Positions 62,251-64,000 of a DNA stretch of 64,000 nt are shown piece by piece. Each line of letters starts with the position of its first letter. The first letter of the stretch is position 1. The stretch comes from an uncultured Acidobacteriota bacterium (GTDB lineage: Bacteria; Acidobacteriota; Terriglobia; Terriglobales; Acidobacteriaceae). The position numbers and the translations under genes are program-made. The stretch spans positions 88 through 64,087 of the forward strand of contig CAINND010000099.1 in the NCBI GenBank assembly GCA_903851035.1, given 5' to 3'. Under the pieces are notes generated by a model that saw only the letters and a program-made list of their open reading frames with translations, did no database searches and had not been told where the DNA came from.

Positions 62251-63780
62251 ATGGCAACACTCGCGGCCGTAGATATTGGTGCAAACTCGGTTCGGCTCAA
62301 GATCGCGCGCATCGTGCGCAAGCGCCTCCAGGTGCTGCATGAGGATCGCGAAGTCGTGCGCCTCGGCGAAGCCGTCTTCCGCACCGGCTCGCTCGACCCC
62401 GCTGCCATGGAGCACACCGTGCGCGTGCTGCGCCGCTTCCAAAAGGAGGCGCAGGCCCACCAGGTCACCAGCGTCCGGGTGGTCGCCACAAGCGCCCTGC
62501 GTGACGCCAACAACTCCGCCGCCTTTTTGCAGTGGGTGCAGGCCGCCGTGGGCTGGCGCGTCGAGGTCGTCAGCGGCGTGGAAGAGGGCCGCCTCATTCA
62601 CCTCGGCGTCATGGCCAACACCCGCATCTCCGCCGGCCGCGTCCTCCTCATCGATCTTGGCGGCGGCAGTTGCGAGCTCACGCTCTCCAACAAGGGCCAG
62701 ATCGAGCACATCTACTCGCTGCCGCTGGGCGCCGTCCGCCTCACCCGCGAATTTCTCAAGCACGATCCGCCCACGGCCACCGAGCTCGACCAGATGCGCA
62801 GCTACATTCGCGAGGAAGTCGGACGCCTGCGCCGCAAGCTCACCGAGCACAAGATCAACCTCACGGTCGCCACCAGTGGCACCCCCGCCGCGCTCAGCGA
62901 CCTCTGGGCCGCCACCGAGGGGCGCACCGCCTCCGCCCGCGCCAACACCACCGTGCCCCGCGCCGGATTGCTGCGCATGGCGCATCGCATCAGCGGGCTC
63001 AGCCTGGCGCGCCGCCGCGTTCTCACCGGCATCGGCCCCCGCCGCGCGGAGATCATCATCGCCGGCTCGCAGGTCTTCGCCGAGCTCTTCAGTGAGCTCG
63101 AGCTCACCAGCTTCCGCTATCTTCCCTATGGATTACGCGATGGCGTGCTGGCCCAGATGGCCTCGGAGGCCGATGGCCTTGGCCTGCGCCGCCGCCTGGA
63201 GAGCGAGCGCCAGAACTCCCTCATGCACCTGGCCGCGCACTACCAGGTCGATCTGCGCTTCGCCAACCGTGTCGCCGAGCACACCGCCCGCCTCTTCAAG
63301 CTGCTTGCGCCCGTGCACATGCTTCCAGCGGAGTACTCAGGCCTGCTGCATGCCGCCGCCACCCTGCATGAGGTCGGCTCGTTCATCAGCCGCGCCGGAC
63401 GCCGCCGCCACGCCTTCTACATCCTCAGCCACTCGGAGTTGCTCGGCTACACTCTGCAGCAGCGCCGCTTCATCGCCGCCCTCGCGCGCTTTCTCGGCAA
63501 GTCGCGCATCACGCCGGAAAGCCCATCCGTGCGCCTGCTCTCTCCCGCCGACCGTGTGCTGCTGCCCCGCGCCGTCATCCTGCTGCGCCTGGCGCGCGCT
63601 CTCGAACAGGGCCGCCGTGGCGCCGTGGTGGACATCCGCGCCAAGGTCGAAGCGCGCAAGCTGCGCCTCACCCTGGTGACGCGCCCCACCGGCGCCGAAC
63701 TAGAAATGTGGGCGATTGAAAGAGAGAAGGATTACTTCTTTGAGGTCTTCGGCCGCACGCTCTCCACCGTCGAGGCGTAG
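62251..63780 (+). CDS. ppx: Exopolyphosphatase / GppA family phosphatase
   Basis: ATG 62251 gives MATLAAVDIGANSVRLKIA, then LIDLGGGSCEL, and a C-terminal HD-like domain (LHEVGSFISRAGRRRHAFYIL). Confidence 0.9.
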   Translation: MATLAAVDIGANSVRLKIARIVRKRLQVLHEDREVVRLGEAVFRTGSLDPAAMEHTVRVLRRFQKEAQAHQVTSVRVVATSALRDANNSAAFLQWVQAAVGWRVEVVSGVEEGRLIHLGVMANTRISAGRVLLIDLGGGSCELTLSNKGQIEHIYSLPLGAVRLTREFLKHDPPTATELDQMRSYIREEVGRLRRKLTEHKINLTVATSGTPAALSDLWAATEGRTASARANTTVPRAGLLRMAHRISGLSLARRRVLTGIGPRRAEIIIAGSQVFAELFSELELTSFRYLPYGLRDGVLAQMASEADGLGLRRRLESERQNSLMHLAAHYQVDLRFANRVAEHTARLFKLLAPVHMLPAEYSGLLHAAATLHEVGSFISRAGRRRHAFYILSHSELLGYTLQQRRFIAALARFLGKSRITPESPSVRLLSPADRVLLPRAVILLRLARALEQGRRGAVVDIRAKVEARKLRLTLVTRPTGAELEMWAIEREKDYFFEVFGRTLSTVEA

Positions 63781-64000
63781 GCCGTCTTCAGCAGCCGCGG
63801 TGTCACCAGCCATTGCAGCACCGCGCGCTTCGGCCCCAGCTCCACCCGGGCCACGCTGCCTTTTTTCAACTCCACCGCGCGCTCGTTGATGCCGCCGCTC
63901 ACCAGCAGCGATAGAAAGCGGCCCATGTTCGGGTTGTGTCCCACCACCATCACCGCTTCCAGTTCGCGCACATGGTTCAGCAGCATGCGGAAGCTCTCAT
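63732..64000 (-). CDS. sixA: Phosphohistidine phosphatase SixA-like (N-terminus beyond window edge)
   Basis: The C-terminal part reads ...ESFRMLLNHVRELEAVMVVGHNPNMGRFLSLLVSG...GSVARVEL... The frame stays open to position 64000. Its 3' end overlaps the ppx 3' end by 49 nt. Confidence 0.7.
   Translation of the reverse strand, partial: ESFRMLLNHVRELEAVMVVGHNPNMGRFLSLLVSGGINERAVELKKGSVARVELGPKRAVLQWLVTPRLLKTAYASTVESVRPKTSKK

Noticed and set aside
4209-62597. Many long ORFs antisense to recognisable genes: 4209..5435, 8061..9308, 14014..15612, 16982..18526, 18998..20011, 23088..24578, 25409..27568, 27991..29421, 30583..33036, 39261..40412, 45787..46989, 48462..49829, 50200..51132, 52515..53606, 59414..60898, 61662..62597.
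   Set aside because: These are typical high-GC artefacts. The opposite strand carries a gene with clear family motifs. The translations are Arg/Ala/Gly/His-rich with no motifs, and there are no plausible RBS or start contexts.
1-64000. Search by eye for CRISPR arrays, rRNA, tmRNA, RNase P RNA, SRP RNA, intact transposases, reverse transcriptases, toxin-antitoxin pairs and known defence-system genes.
   Set aside because: I recognised none. Only two tRNAs, one integrase and one IS remnant were found. Absence by eye is not proof, and covariance-model and HMM scans would be needed.

Overview
This is a densely coding, high-GC bacterial chromosomal segment: sampled core lines are roughly 65-70% G+C by hand count. 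The gene content (TolB-like propeller fusions, type IV pilin-like genes, GatCA, VKOR, an OlsF-like aminolipid acyltransferase) suggests a soil Acidobacteriota-type genome, but that is inference only.

The left end (1-3771) is a lower-GC island, about 43-53% in sampled lines. It carries an edge-truncated Ig-like lipoprotein that is missing from the ORF track, an IS3-family OrfA remnant, an orphan 236-aa protein, an Xis-like HTH protein and a tyrosine integrase. It abuts tRNA-Leu(CAA).

The rest is mostly core:
- Surface and membrane: GT2 glycosyltransferase, pilin, mscL, VKOR/trxA, OlsF-like and LpxH-like lipid genes.
- RNA and translation: RlmI-like methyltransferase, tsaD, cca, DUF721-gatC-gatA, cysE followed by tRNA-Cys(GCA).
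- Signalling: hybrid histidine kinase, a TPR/GAF/degenerate-GGDEF protein, orphan REC plus LuxR, an HD-GYP/lipoprotein/cytochrome c operon.
- Repair and metabolism: lexA, uvrA, DPP-IV peptidase, two acyl-CoA ligases, GH1 glycosidase, CHAD-ppx-sixA.
- An eight-gene trp cluster in the order trpD-C-F-B-A-DAHP synthase-trpE-G.

I saw no CRISPR array, rRNA gene or intact transposon. The many long ORFs antisense to recognisable genes are high-GC artefacts.

I found no clear-cut novel multi-gene system. The best leads are:
1. A membrane-tethered Xis-type HTH/TolB-propeller protein. It is divergent from a giant orphan secreted protein across a 768-bp non-coding region that carries an orientation-symmetric ATGTGACA/GTGAC motif array and a 13-bp perfect inverted repeat.
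2. The HD-GYP/lipoprotein/cytochrome c operon, sitting next to a frameshifted pseudopilin gene.
3. The cargo of the island, which continues beyond the left edge.
4. A terminator-capped 190-nt non-coding stretch after the LuxR gene.
5. A candidate Trp-Trp leader ORF, plus a TrpD with an altered PRPP-binding loop.

All functional calls come from reading motifs by eye. No database search was run.
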